The notes beneath the pieces were generated by a model. It saw only the letters and a list, made by a program, of their open reading frames with translations, did no database searches and was not told the DNA's origin. Shown here in pieces: positions 29,361-38,971 of a stretch of 64,000 nucleotides of DNA. Made by a program: the position numbers and the translations under genes. Each line of letters starts with the position of its first letter. The first letter of the stretch is position 1. The DNA lies in assembly GCA_047639165.1 (NCBI GenBank), contig JBLINH010000001.1:6054-70053 (forward strand), read 5' to 3'. Origin of the DNA: Minisyncoccia bacterium (lineage in GTDB: Bacteria; Patescibacteriota; Minisyncoccia; Phycocordibacterales; JAACPR01).

Positions 29361-29969
29361 TTATCGCTTGTAGTACTGCAATACTGATGGTAAATCGAAA
29401 TCGCTTTCTGAAGATGAGTATTCTGGCTCTCCTTTAATATTTATTTCCTTCTTGGCTGCGTTTACTAAAACCCACTTTGGAACTGGTCTTAAGTTAGTAT
29501 CTTTATCAGTAAGATCAACCCAAAGTCCTTTTCCAATACTTGCTTCTTTAATGGCTACAACATCACCATCTTTTACTTGATATGATGGAATGTTCATTTT
29601 CTTACCGTTTACAGTGATGTGCCCATGTGACACGGCTTGTCTTGAAGCTTGTCTTGTCTTTACAAAGTTGCTTCTAAACACAACGTTATCTAGTCTTTTC
29701 TCAAGTAGAGCAGATAGTTTTTCACTTGGATTACTCAATTTCTTCTCGATAACAGCTTTAACGTAGTTTGAAAACTGTTTTTCTGTAAGACCGTATGTAA
29801 ATCTAACCTTTTGCTTATCAATCAACTGAATCCCGTAGTTTGATCTTGGTCGTCTAGTTCTTTTTACTCTTCGTGATTGTTCACGTAGTACGAACTTAGG
29901 ATCTTGAGTTTTCTCAAAAACAGTATGTCCAAGTCTTCTTGCTATTTTGTATTTAGGTCCGGTTATCAT
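29361..29969 (-). CDS. rpsD: 30S ribosomal protein S4
   Basis: GPKYKIARRLG, LE.RLDNVVFR, RQAVSHGHI.VNG. Confidence 0.98.
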   Translation of the reverse strand: MITGPKYKIARRLGHTVFEKTQDPKFVLREQSRRVKRTRRPRSNYGIQLIDKQKVRFTYGLTEKQFSNYVKAVIEKKLSNPSEKLSALLEKRLDNVVFRSNFVKTRQASRQAVSHGHITVNGKKMNIPSYQVKDGDVVAIKEASIGKGLWVDLTDKDTNLRPVPKWVLVNAAKKEINIKGEPEYSSSESDFDLPSVLQYYKR

Positions 29970-29983
29970 GATTATTTAATATA

Positions 29984-30412
29984 TTAAACTCTTCGTGGCT
30001 TACGAATAGTTGGTCCATTATGTGGAACAGGTGTTCGGTCCTTGATAGAACTGATTTGAATACCTTTTGAAACAAATCCTCGAACAGCAGCTTCTCGTCC
30101 AGAACCCACTCCCTTGATGACAACATCAATCTCTTTAAGACCTATTTGTTCTGCTTTTTCAAGAAGTGTCTCTCCTATCTTAGCGGCAGCGAAAGGTGTT
30201 CCTTTCTTTGCTCCTTTGAATCCTAGAGCTCCACTTGAAGATGCGATAATTAGATTACCGTTCATGTCTGTAAGAGCCACCTTGGTGTTATTGTATGTAG
30301 ATTGAACATGCAAAATACCCTTATCTAGTTTTCTCCTAGATAGTTTACGTGATGATGCTCTTTTTGCTATTTCATCACTAGATCCTTTTTTTACAATTCG
30401 TTTCTTTCCCAT
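29984..30412 (-). CDS. rpsK: 30S ribosomal protein S11
   Basis: STYNNT, GFKGAKKGTPFAA, TPVPHNG. Confidence 0.98.
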   Translation of the reverse strand: MGKKRIVKKGSSDEIAKRASSRKLSRRKLDKGILHVQSTYNNTKVALTDMNGNLIIASSSGALGFKGAKKGTPFAAAKIGETLLEKAEQIGLKEIDVVIKGVGSGREAAVRGFVSKGIQISSIKDRTPVPHNGPTIRKPRRV

Positions 30413-30417
30413 ATATA

Positions 30418-30798
30418 TTATTTCTTATCTACTGATCTTCGTCCTGATCCCATAGTATTTCGAGTGTTACCTCGTACTGTCCTACAGTTTGTTTTTGAAC
30501 GTTGTCCTCGGGCTGGAAGCCTTTTGGCATGTCGAGATCCTCTGTATGATTGAATGTCTTTAAGTCTTTTAACGTTTCCTGCTACATCTCGTTTTAGATC
30601 TCCTTCGATTTTAAACTTTTCGATCTCTGTTCTTATTGTATTTTCTTGCTCAGGAGTTAAATCCTTAGCTTTTGTACCAAAGTCAACCTTAACAGATTCT
30701 AGGATCACATGAGCACGTGGACGACCAACACCGTGAAGTGTTGTTAGTGAGATTTCCAATCTTTTTTGGTCTGGTATTGTTACTCCTTGAATTCGCAT
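30418..30798 (-). CDS. rpsM: 30S ribosomal protein S13
   Basis: EGDL.R, YRG.RH...LPARGQR.KTN.RT. Confidence 0.98.
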   Translation of the reverse strand: MRIQGVTIPDQKRLEISLTTLHGVGRPRAHVILESVKVDFGTKAKDLTPEQENTIRTEIEKFKIEGDLKRDVAGNVKRLKDIQSYRGSRHAKRLPARGQRSKTNCRTVRGNTRNTMGSGRRSVDKK

Positions 30799-30845
30799 AT
30801 TTGAGTTGAGAGTTTAGCAAAAAAGCCTAAAAAAGTAAAGCTTTT

Positions 30846-31061
30846 TTAGAGTCTTTTAAAAATCCTAGCTTTTCCACCGTACGGTTCTGTCGTAAATGCT
30901 ACCTTGTCACCAACGAGAACTCTAATTCTGTGCATTCTCATTTTTCCTGCAAGATAAGACATTATTTCTGTTCCGTCTTCTAGTCTAATTTTAAACATTA
31001 TATTTGGAAGGGCTTCTACTACGATCCCTTCTCCATTTTCTTCTTTTTTCTCTTCTTTCAT
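30846..31061 (-). CDS. infA: Translation initiation factor IF-1
   Basis: EG.VVEALPN..F, YLAGKMR..RIRVL.GD.V. Confidence 0.96.
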   Translation of the reverse strand: MKEEKKEENGEGIVVEALPNIMFKIRLEDGTEIMSYLAGKMRMHRIRVLVGDKVAFTTEPYGGKARIFKRL

Positions 31062-31086
31062 TTGTAACGTATATAATAGCAGTGTT

Positions 31087-32490
31087 TTACTCTTCGTCAA
31101 TGTTTTCAAGCTCTATAATCACATCTATCTTTGAAGCGTCTTTAGGAAAACTCTTTTTCCATAGAGGTTTTACAGTAGCCTCTGCTCTTGTAATGCTTGG
31201 AAAATCTTGAAGAACATCCTTCATATCTTTTCTTTGTGATCCGGCAAGACTTTCTTTTAGGGCCTCTATATCTGTCTGCCAAACAAAGTGAACTTGTCCT
31301 TTTACTAAAACGTTTATCTTGTCATCCTCTGAAGGCGTGATCTCAAATGATATGTTATCAGGGTTTTGAATGGCAATATTCTCATTTAGATTTATATTGC
31401 TCAAGGTTTTTGAAGCCAGTATTGTACCAATTGAGTTTGTGTCGAAAACAAAAGCTTCAAGTGTTCCTTTCAAAGTTATTTCTATTACTGTATCACCTTT
31501 GTCTTCTTCTGATGTTATTTCAAATATAAAACTATCATCTGTATAGTGGATCAAGAAGTTATCAGTTACATCTTCATTGATTTTTGATATTAGATCTTCT
31601 TTAATCTTGGATTTTAGTTCTTCTACCACTTTCTCTTTGTCTTCTTCACTAACTATCTTTTTAATTCCAACAAAACCACCAGTCATACCACCTTGTGTCT
31701 TTGCAGAGAACTTATCAAATTGTTTTAGGCCACTAAAACCTGGGATAGTGAAAGTAGTTTCTTTAATATTGTATTCATCTCCAGTGCTATCAGCAAATAC
31801 TTCAACTATTAATTCACCCGGTACTACCTTTCCATCTACTTCTTTGTACCCTGGTACTGAAATTGAATTATCTACTCTGTATATAAGTCCATCTTCATTT
31901 TGAAATCGTGTGTTCTTTATTAAAGGATATGAGTCTTTTGAATATTTGTTGGATACAACTATCTTTCCAGAAGCTTTTGTTTTTACTGAAGCTTCACCAG
32001 AAGCTTTAACAGTTCCACTGCTTGTAGATTCAATATTCAACGGTTTGTATGAAAGTTCCTCGGAAAGTGCAATATCCACATGATTTGCTTCAAGTGTTGT
32101 TTCTATATTAGCTTGCGCTTCTTTTGGAGAAATTCTAACTTCTGTGCCACTTAAGTTTAATAGGAATATCACAAGAACTAATATTCCGACAATACCACTA
32201 CCAATTATTCCGATCTTCTTAAATCGTCCACCACCTCTCTCTTCGAAATCAGCCATTGAAGAAACACGGGTTCTTTTTGTAGGCTGTGGAGGAGTTACTC
32301 CACTGATAGTTCTTCTGACAGTTCTAACAGGTGCTGCGGTAGATACTCTTGGACCAACTTTGTTTATCTTTACAGCAGCAACTAAAGGCTCCTCTTTAGA
32401 GACCTTTTTCCTGTTCTTGGGAATAGGAATATTCCTGATTGATTTTTTCTGTGCTGGTGGCACAACGTCTTGTAGAAAATTTTTGTCCAT
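31087..32490 (-). CDS. Bitopic membrane protein with baseplate-J-like extracytoplasmic domain
   Basis: Disordered basic N-terminus, one TM, KASG.I.V.N..S, TRF...DG..YR, V.A...G..YNI, GG..G, C-terminal P.W....P....KI. Confidence 0.6.
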   Translation of the reverse strand: MDKNFLQDVVPPAQKKSIRNIPIPKNRKKVSKEEPLVAAVKINKVGPRVSTAAPVRTVRRTISGVTPPQPTKRTRVSSMADFEERGGGRFKKIGIIGSGIVGILVLVIFLLNLSGTEVRISPKEAQANIETTLEANHVDIALSEELSYKPLNIESTSSGTVKASGEASVKTKASGKIVVSNKYSKDSYPLIKNTRFQNEDGLIYRVDNSISVPGYKEVDGKVVPGELIVEVFADSTGDEYNIKETTFTIPGFSGLKQFDKFSAKTQGGMTGGFVGIKKIVSEEDKEKVVEELKSKIKEDLISKINEDVTDNFLIHYTDDSFIFEITSEEDKGDTVIEITLKGTLEAFVFDTNSIGTILASKTLSNINLNENIAIQNPDNISFEITPSEDDKINVLVKGQVHFVWQTDIEALKESLAGSQRKDMKDVLQDFPSITRAEATVKPLWKKSFPKDASKIDVIIELENIDEE

Positions 32491-32529
32491 GACTTATTAT
32501 ATTTTATCTTTTAGAGATTATTTATCAAC

Positions 32530-33714
32530 CTACTTAGTAGACTGATTTAAGAATGTTCCTATTAATTCCATAAATACATCATCTACTACGCCCGGATTAA
32601 CTAATATTTCATCTGAGAAAGTAGAGTGATCTAGCAGGAATACATTAGTTTTTTTGTTAATGTCTATACTATTTACACTAAATTCATTACTTTTAAGAAT
32701 ATTAGTAAATAGGTCTTTTAGATCTTTGTCAACACTAACAAAAATAACTTGAGGTAATTCTCTTTTGTTTCCAAATGTTTCAAGAATTTGTTCTAGCATG
32801 TTTAACCATTCTTTTTCTAGTTTAGGTAGTAGTTTGTTAACTTTCTTTTTACAACTAGTATCTATTTCTTTTTTAGAGATTGTTCTTATTGAAGATATGG
32901 CAGAGGCATAGTCTGTTTCACATTCTTCCATAACTTTTCTTATGAAGTAGTGTTTTCCATGAGGCATACTGACTATGTTCACTAACCTATCATTTCTGAC
33001 TAAACCAATGTCAGTAACTTCACCGCCGATATCTATAAACAAGAAATTTGGAGTATTCTTGAAAATGTTTCTCATCGCACTAAAGAAGATTAGTGGATGT
33101 GTCCTGTGGTTTATATGGTCTACTGTTTCAAAATTATGTTTTATCTTTTTTTCAACTTCGTCGATAGATTCATCTGCTACAGAACTTATGTAGAAAGAAA
33201 TATCTAAATTAGTTATTTTCTTATCGAAAGGATTGGTAAGGTTGTACCCGTTTACGTTTACATACGTAATATCTTTCTCAACTATCGTTTGGCCCTTTGT
33301 ATTACTATTTTTACTTTTCAATTCTTCCTTTACAATTTTCCTGAATATCTCCTTTGTAAATTTAAATGGTTTGTCTTTATCTATATAAACATCTTTAGTA
33401 TGTGATACATACCAAGGAGAAGAATATACAACGTATATATCTTTTACTTTACTAAGAACATCATCGATCTTGGTTTCAGGAAGACCTGTTTCTTTGATAT
33501 CTAAAATTACTTTGTCTAATGTTTTCAAAAGAGTTGTAACAAAAGATGATGAAGTCTGTGAATCTTTAAAATATTCAAATATTCTAGTGGTATAAAGAAT
33601 TGTTGGTATTTCACCTGACATATCAATAATACTCCCTCCGATACTAGAACTTCTAATATCGAAAACTATAGATAAAGTTTTATCCTTTCCTTTTTTACTA
33701 AAAAGAGATGACAT
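32530..33714 (-). CDS. Actin-fold (FtsA/PilM-like) protein
   Basis: VFDIRSSSIG (phosphate-1-like) and FIDIGGEVTDI (phosphate-2). Confidence 0.65.
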   Translation of the reverse strand: MSSLFSKKGKDKTLSIVFDIRSSSIGGSIIDMSGEIPTILYTTRIFEYFKDSQTSSSFVTTLLKTLDKVILDIKETGLPETKIDDVLSKVKDIYVVYSSPWYVSHTKDVYIDKDKPFKFTKEIFRKIVKEELKSKNSNTKGQTIVEKDITYVNVNGYNLTNPFDKKITNLDISFYISSVADESIDEVEKKIKHNFETVDHINHRTHPLIFFSAMRNIFKNTPNFLFIDIGGEVTDIGLVRNDRLVNIVSMPHGKHYFIRKVMEECETDYASAISSIRTISKKEIDTSCKKKVNKLLPKLEKEWLNMLEQILETFGNKRELPQVIFVSVDKDLKDLFTNILKSNEFSVNSIDINKKTNVFLLDHSTFSDEILVNPGVVDDVFMELIGTFLNQSTK

Positions 33715-33756
33715 ATATTTATATTATATGTTGAGGTGCAAGTTAAAACAATTTAC

Positions 33757-35505
33757 TTATTCCAGTACAGCTTTTATCCTTCGTACTCCGGAAGAAGAAG
33801 CTTCTTCTTTTTTGATTCTAAATTTACCAAGTACACTTGTATTTTCTACGTGAGGACCACCACAAAGTTCTTTACTAACATCTCCAATTGAATAGACTGA
33901 TACAACTTCTCCGTACTTCTCTCCGAAAAGTGAAATCGCACCTTCCGCTTTAGCAGTGTCTATATCCATGTCTTTTTGTTCTACTGATATGCCTTTTTCA
34001 ATTTTGTCATTCACCCACGCTTCTACTTTTTCTTTTTCTTCGTCTGTCATTTTCTCTCCATGTGAAAAATCAAATCTCAATCGATCGGGTGTAATGTTAC
34101 TTCCTTTTTGCTCAACGTTATCTCCCAGGACTTCTCTTAATGCTGCTTGAAGAAGATGCGTCGCTGTATGGTACTTAACTTCCATCTCACTAGTTCCGGA
34201 TAGTCCACCCTTGAACTTACCAGCTGAAGACGTTCTTGAAAGATCCTGATGTTTTTTAAATTCTTCTTCATACTCCTCTCTGTTCACACTAGTCCCCTTT
34301 TCTTCTGCGAGTGAAACGGTAAGGTCAATTGGTAGTCCGTATGATGAGAATAGTTTGAAAGCATCGATACCACTAATATCTGCACCAGAAATTTTTCCGA
34401 ACTCACGCAATCCTTGTGAAAGTGTTTTTGAGAATTTTATAACCTCTTCTTCTATTGTAGATTTTATCGTTGTAAGATTTTCTTTTAGTTCAGGATATTG
34501 TTTGTCATATGTATCCAAAATAGCATCTACTAGAGATGATATCTGATCTCCATGTAAGTTATGATTGTTTGTATTAAAAGCAGCTCTCCTAATTAGTCTT
34601 CGGAGTATGTACCCTCGGTCTGTGTTTGATGGGAGTATTCCATCACTGATCAAAAACACCGAAGCTTTAATATGATCAGATAGTATTCTAGCTGATCTTT
34701 CTGTTTTGGTAATTTCTCTAGAAATATTCATCAACTCTTCAAATAGATCTGTGTCATAAACAGAATCTTTTCCTTGTACTACTGCGACCAATCTTCCGAA
34801 CCCAGCTCCAGTGTCAACATTCTTGTTAGGCAACTTACCTATAACCTTCCCTTCTTTTTTTTGATATTCCATGAATACATCGTTCCAAATCTCAACAACT
34901 TCTTGTTTTTCATCTGCTTGTATATATTCTTCCTTTGTTAGATTTCCTAATCCTTCTTTTGTTGTGTCATAGAACATCTCAGAATCAGGACCACAAGGAC
35001 CATTGTCTCCTGCACTCCACCAGTTTGAATCTGCTCCCATATAATATATCCTGTCCTCTTTTATATACTTCTTCCAGATGTTGTATGACTCTTCATCTTT
35101 TGGAGCATTATCATCTCCTTCAAATACAGTTACGTATAACCTTTCTTTATCTAGCCCTAGCTCTTCGGTAAGAAATTCAAAACTCCACTGAATAGTTTCT
35201 TCTTTAAAGTAGTCTCCTAAAGACCAGTTCCCAAGCATCTCAAAAAAAGTATTGTGTGTGTTGTCCCCCACTTCATCTATATCAACAGTACGTAAACACT
35301 TTTGGGAGTCTACCAAACGAGTTCCTTTGGGGTGCTCCTCTCCTAGAATAAATGGAATCAGAGGTTGCATACCAGCAGAATTAAATAAAGTGTTATCAGT
35401 AACACCCTTCTCATCTGTAGGAACTAGAGATGCAGATTTAATAATTGCATGCCCTCTTTCTTCAAAGAATTTTAGAAATTTTTCTCTTATCTCGCTTGAT
35501 TTCAT
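33757..35505 (-). CDS. alaS: Alanine--tRNA ligase (no C-Ala domain)
   Basis: AGMQP, H.TFFEMLGNWS.GDYFK, HTATHLL, ELCGGPH, ends GVRRIKA. Confidence 0.97.
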   Translation of the reverse strand: MKSSEIREKFLKFFEERGHAIIKSASLVPTDEKGVTDNTLFNSAGMQPLIPFILGEEHPKGTRLVDSQKCLRTVDIDEVGDNTHNTFFEMLGNWSLGDYFKEETIQWSFEFLTEELGLDKERLYVTVFEGDDNAPKDEESYNIWKKYIKEDRIYYMGADSNWWSAGDNGPCGPDSEMFYDTTKEGLGNLTKEEYIQADEKQEVVEIWNDVFMEYQKKEGKVIGKLPNKNVDTGAGFGRLVAVVQGKDSVYDTDLFEELMNISREITKTERSARILSDHIKASVFLISDGILPSNTDRGYILRRLIRRAAFNTNNHNLHGDQISSLVDAILDTYDKQYPELKENLTTIKSTIEEEVIKFSKTLSQGLREFGKISGADISGIDAFKLFSSYGLPIDLTVSLAEEKGTSVNREEYEEEFKKHQDLSRTSSAGKFKGGLSGTSEMEVKYHTATHLLQAALREVLGDNVEQKGSNITPDRLRFDFSHGEKMTDEEKEKVEAWVNDKIEKGISVEQKDMDIDTAKAEGAISLFGEKYGEVVSVYSIGDVSKELCGGPHVENTSVLGKFRIKKEEASSSGVRRIKAVLE

Positions 35506-35519
35506 ATGATGACTTTAAT

Positions 35520-35720
35520 TTACTTAACGTATATTTGCAAGATAAAACTTACAATCATTAGCGATATTCCTACGACCGCGTATAACTTCTCTTTTTTAAT
35601 AGTAGTGTAAACATCTTTGTCTAGCTTGTGTTCTTTAAGTACGTGAGAATGTACTCTGACAACAGCCATGGCAATTAATATTTCTCCTAAAAGTTCTAGT
35701 GTTAGTGCTAAAGTGTACAT
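35520..35720 (-). CDS. Small 2-TM membrane protein
   Basis: Two hydrophobic helices flanking VH..V.KEHK.D..V. Confidence 0.75.
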   Translation of the reverse strand: MYTLALTLELLGEILIAMAVVRVHSHVLKEHKLDKDVYTTIKKEKLYAVVGISLMIVSFILQIYVK

Positions 35721-35725
35721 AGTAA

Positions 35726-36556
35726 TTAATGTGAGCAAATAATATCAATATTTTCTATAATCTCATCGATCTTTTCATCTGACAATCCTATTTCTTTCAT
35801 AACTTCTCTCTCGTCCCTTAGAGATCTACAATTAACAATTCCTCTGTCAAGAAGTTCATTCTTATTACTCTTTGAGAGCTGAGCTACACAAGTTAATGGG
35901 TGTAGAGTCGTCTCTTCCATAAGATCGTACAGATTCCCTTTTTTGGGGTAGTCCCAACTGATGAGATCATACGTTCCAACACAGTTAACGTATTTTCGAG
36001 CTGTGTGGGTAAACTTGGTGTTTGTAACCATTAGACCCTGAGTCATTTTTCTTTTTTTACCTCCCAAATGAAATTCTTCACTCTGAAGGTCATCAAAACG
36101 AGCTTTTATATACAAAGCTGTTTTTGTATCTGTTTTTATTCCACTTTTGTTATGAAATTTGGCTTCAGTGATGATAAGCTCCTTTTCGTTATACGCAATA
36201 ATATCTACTTCATGATCAGCACAGTGACCTTTAAGGGTAACTCCTACTTCAGTGGTAAAACCTTTTGCACTGAATATTTCAGCGATAAACTTTTCAAATG
36301 GAAATCCTGAAGGACCAAGATCTAAAACAGATCTTCTGATTGAATATCTTAAGGCAGATTTTTTTTCTGTTTTTTTCAAAAGCTCAAATGCTTCTTTGTA
36401 TATGTCTGTAGTTGTTGAACCGTCTTTAATATCTTTTTGGATCTTACTTGTTATGTCGTTTGCGACAAATACAGTTGCCCCTGCACGCTCTAGTGATCCT
36501 TTTAACTTATCAGGATCGAAAGACTCTTTTTCCCCATTGTTCTTAACGATTTTCAT
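35726..36556 (-). CDS. ATP-cone domain fused to an Mrr-like PD-(D/E)XK endonuclease
   Basis: MKIVK.NG..E.FD..KL..SL..AG; GFPFEKFIA; HEVDIIA...EAKFH; VTNTKFT. Confidence 0.85.
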   Translation of the reverse strand: MKIVKNNGEKESFDPDKLKGSLERAGATVFVANDITSKIQKDIKDGSTTTDIYKEAFELLKKTEKKSALRYSIRRSVLDLGPSGFPFEKFIAEIFSAKGFTTEVGVTLKGHCADHEVDIIAYNEKELIITEAKFHNKSGIKTDTKTALYIKARFDDLQSEEFHLGGKKRKMTQGLMVTNTKFTHTARKYVNCVGTYDLISWDYPKKGNLYDLMEETTLHPLTCVAQLSKSNKNELLDRGIVNCRSLRDEREVMKEIGLSDEKIDEIIENIDIICSH

Positions 36557-36557
36557 A

Positions 36558-37019
36558 TTAGCTTTTGATAAATAGTTTTACGGTATCAATATCTTGATCC
36601 ACTGGTATCTCAAAGATATTCAATGTTACAAGCTCATCATTTAGTGTGGCTGTAAAATTTCTATCCTCTGGTCCAGTGTATGTAACTTTCACATCAGTAG
36701 GAGTAATTACTTGAACACAACCATCACCTCCATCAGGATCGTTTATATTGAACTTAATTTCTGATTTATCATCCACATCTACAACTTCAGCATTAAATGA
36801 ATGACATGGACTTGGAAGATCAAGTGTTGAAACAAAAGCATGTTCACCGTCTTTGTATTGATGCTTTGTGATGATATTTATATTAGGTCGGTTAGAATCT
36901 TCCTGGACTGCTTCCTCACGAGGGGTGTTTTCGTTATCACTTCCAGTTGATGAATAGAAGGTAAAACCTACTATCAGAAGAAGTATTACTAAGATGGAAA
37001 TTATGGTTTTCTTATTCAT
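36558..37019 (-). CDS. Hypothetical membrane-anchored protein
   Basis: N-terminal TM; LPSPCH...C.QVIT cysteine pair. Confidence 0.8.
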   Translation of the reverse strand: MNKKTIISILVILLLIVGFTFYSSTGSDNENTPREEAVQEDSNRPNINIITKHQYKDGEHAFVSTLDLPSPCHSFNAEVVDVDDKSEIKFNINDPDGGDGCVQVITPTDVKVTYTGPEDRNFTATLNDELVTLNIFEIPVDQDIDTVKLFIKS

Positions 37020-37096
37020 ATAAATGGTGGTTACCTGTAATTTACTAATTATACCCTAAAATAAAGGGCACCCCAATGAGGTGCCCGTGTTGTGGT

Positions 37097-37423
37097 TTAC
37101 TTAGCGTCTTTAATAGAAGCAACCTCTTCTTCTAGTTTTCCTAACCTCTTTTCTAAGTTTTCGACTGTCTTATCACACTGGTCATTTTTGACTATAAGTT
37201 CGAACACTTCGATTTTACCCTTCATATTCTTTTCCTTTTTTTGGAGAGTTCCAATTTCAATCTTTGCTTTTGTTAGTTCGCTCTCTAATTTAGTCTTTCG
37301 AGATTCTAGATTTGAAACATCTCCACATCTACTGCGAAGACTTTCACTCAGAGTTTCAAGTTCTTCTTTTAGTTTGGTGTTCTCTCTGATAATATCTTCT
37401 ATACTCTTAGAATCAGTACTCAT
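37097..37423 (-). CDS. Hypothetical coiled-coil protein
   Basis: Heptad pattern; AAGGA upstream; hairpin at 37064-37087 after it. Confidence 0.7.
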   Translation of the reverse strand: MSTDSKSIEDIIRENTKLKEELETLSESLRSRCGDVSNLESRKTKLESELTKAKIEIGTLQKKEKNMKGKIEVFELIVKNDQCDKTVENLEKRLGKLEEEVASIKDAK

Positions 37424-37515
37424 TTAATGTCCTTTGTTAAGTTCATTTAGATTCTATATCTATATATTATAAAAAGAAAGCACCCACCGAAGTAGAGTAC
37501 TTTCAGTGGATGTTA

Positions 37516-37800
37516 CTATTGGTTACCCCTGTTCCTTGTCATATGAGTTTTTGCCCATTTAAACATAAGTTTTGAACTTAATTCCCTGTGCATTTTAAGT
37601 TTATCAGGAGATGAAAACTCTACACATTTACGGCAATACATCGCAAGAAGTAGGCCGTCATCATTGGCGTTGGAGTTGTACCAAGTGAGAGTGCTTCGTT
37701 TTCCACACCTCGAACATTTTCTAAAGAAGGTAGACCAAAGAAAAATCAGTACTAATAGTGCGAGCACAATAAATGAAACAATAATTATGGTTTTCATCAT
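37516..37800 (-). CDS. Hypothetical TM plus zinc-ribbon protein
   Basis: TM helix then CSRC...CRKC; hairpin at 37478-37515 after it. Confidence 0.65.
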   Translation of the reverse strand: MMKTIIIVSFIVLALLVLIFLWSTFFRKCSRCGKRSTLTWYNSNANDDGLLLAMYCRKCVEFSSPDKLKMHRELSSKLMFKWAKTHMTRNRGNQ

Positions 37801-37893
37801 AGTATGTATTTGGGTCAGGTGTTCTTTTTTGTAGATGTGAATCACCTACTTTCATAATCACGTTACCATATTAAAGTATTTTAACAATTATAC

Positions 37894-38922
37894 TTACAAT
37901 ATAACCCCTCCACCTAAGCATTCGTCATCTTTATAGAAAACAACAGATTGGCCACTGGCTACTGATTCCTGTGTGTCTTTGAAGATTATTTCATCTTCAT
38001 GGAGTACTGCCTCTTGTAGGGGCTGTCTGTACCTAATTCGAGCTTCTATATCTCCTTGTACAGGATCTTTGACGAAAGAAACATCCTTTAGTAAAACTTT
38101 CTTCTTGGTTCCTTCTCCTTTTTTCTCACTGCTTACAGTTACTGTGTTTTTTTCTATGTCTTTTTCTATAACGTAATATATAGGATCATCAGTTCCCTTT
38201 TTTGTGATAGTAAATCCGTGCCTCTCTCCTATCGTATAGAGTACAGCACCATTGTGTATTCCTATGATATTTCCGTCTGTATCCAGTACATTTCCATCTT
38301 CTGTTTTGATGTGTTCTTTAAGAAATTCTTTCATATCTATATGACCGATGAAGCATAATCCTTGACTATCTTTTTTCTCTGATGTGAAAAGATTAAATTT
38401 CTCTGCTAGCTTTCGAACTTCACTCTTCTTTATGTTTCCAATTGGGAACATGGTTTTTTCTAGCTGTTCTTTTCTTAGGGTCCAAAGAAAATATGTCTGG
38501 TCTTTGTTTTCATCGATCGCCTTGAGTAGTTTTCCGTCTTTGGTTTGAGCATAGTGTCCTGTGGCTACAAAGTCTGCACCACCCTCAATGGCAAAATCAA
38601 AAAACTTACCGAACTTTATATATTTGTTGCACATTACATCAGGATTAGGAGTTCTACCTTCTTTGTATTCAGAGACCATGTGATCTATTACATCTTTTTT
38701 GTAATCGTCTGAGAGATCTATCTTTTTGAAAGGTATATCTAATTTGGCACATATTCTCATAGCATCTCGCATCTCTCTTTTCCAGTTACAATTTAGAAAC
38801 TCTGGGTGCCATATTTTTATAAACACTCCAGTAACATCAAAACCCCTCTCCTTTAGAAGAGCAGCTGAGACTGATGAATCTACTCCACCAGAGAGTCCTA
38901 CGTATACTTTCTTGTTTGGCAT
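37894..38922 (-). CDS. mnmA: tRNA 2-thiouridylase MnmA
   Basis: SGGVDSSV, TPNPDVMCN, ATGHYA, KDQTYFL, DSQGLCF; -10 position favours start MPNKK. Confidence 0.98.
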   Translation of the reverse strand: MPNKKVYVGLSGGVDSSVSAALLKERGFDVTGVFIKIWHPEFLNCNWKREMRDAMRICAKLDIPFKKIDLSDDYKKDVIDHMVSEYKEGRTPNPDVMCNKYIKFGKFFDFAIEGGADFVATGHYAQTKDGKLLKAIDENKDQTYFLWTLRKEQLEKTMFPIGNIKKSEVRKLAEKFNLFTSEKKDSQGLCFIGHIDMKEFLKEHIKTEDGNVLDTDGNIIGIHNGAVLYTIGERHGFTITKKGTDDPIYYVIEKDIEKNTVTVSSEKKGEGTKKKVLLKDVSFVKDPVQGDIEARIRYRQPLQEAVLHEDEIIFKDTQESVASGQSVVFYKDDECLGGGVIL

Positions 38923-38971
38923 ATGAGTCATTTTATAACACCATACTTAGCTGGGAACAACCCAATTACTT

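Noticed and set aside
31087-32490. Prophage or contractile injection system
   Set aside because: Only a baseplate-like domain on a membrane-anchored protein; no other structural phage genes
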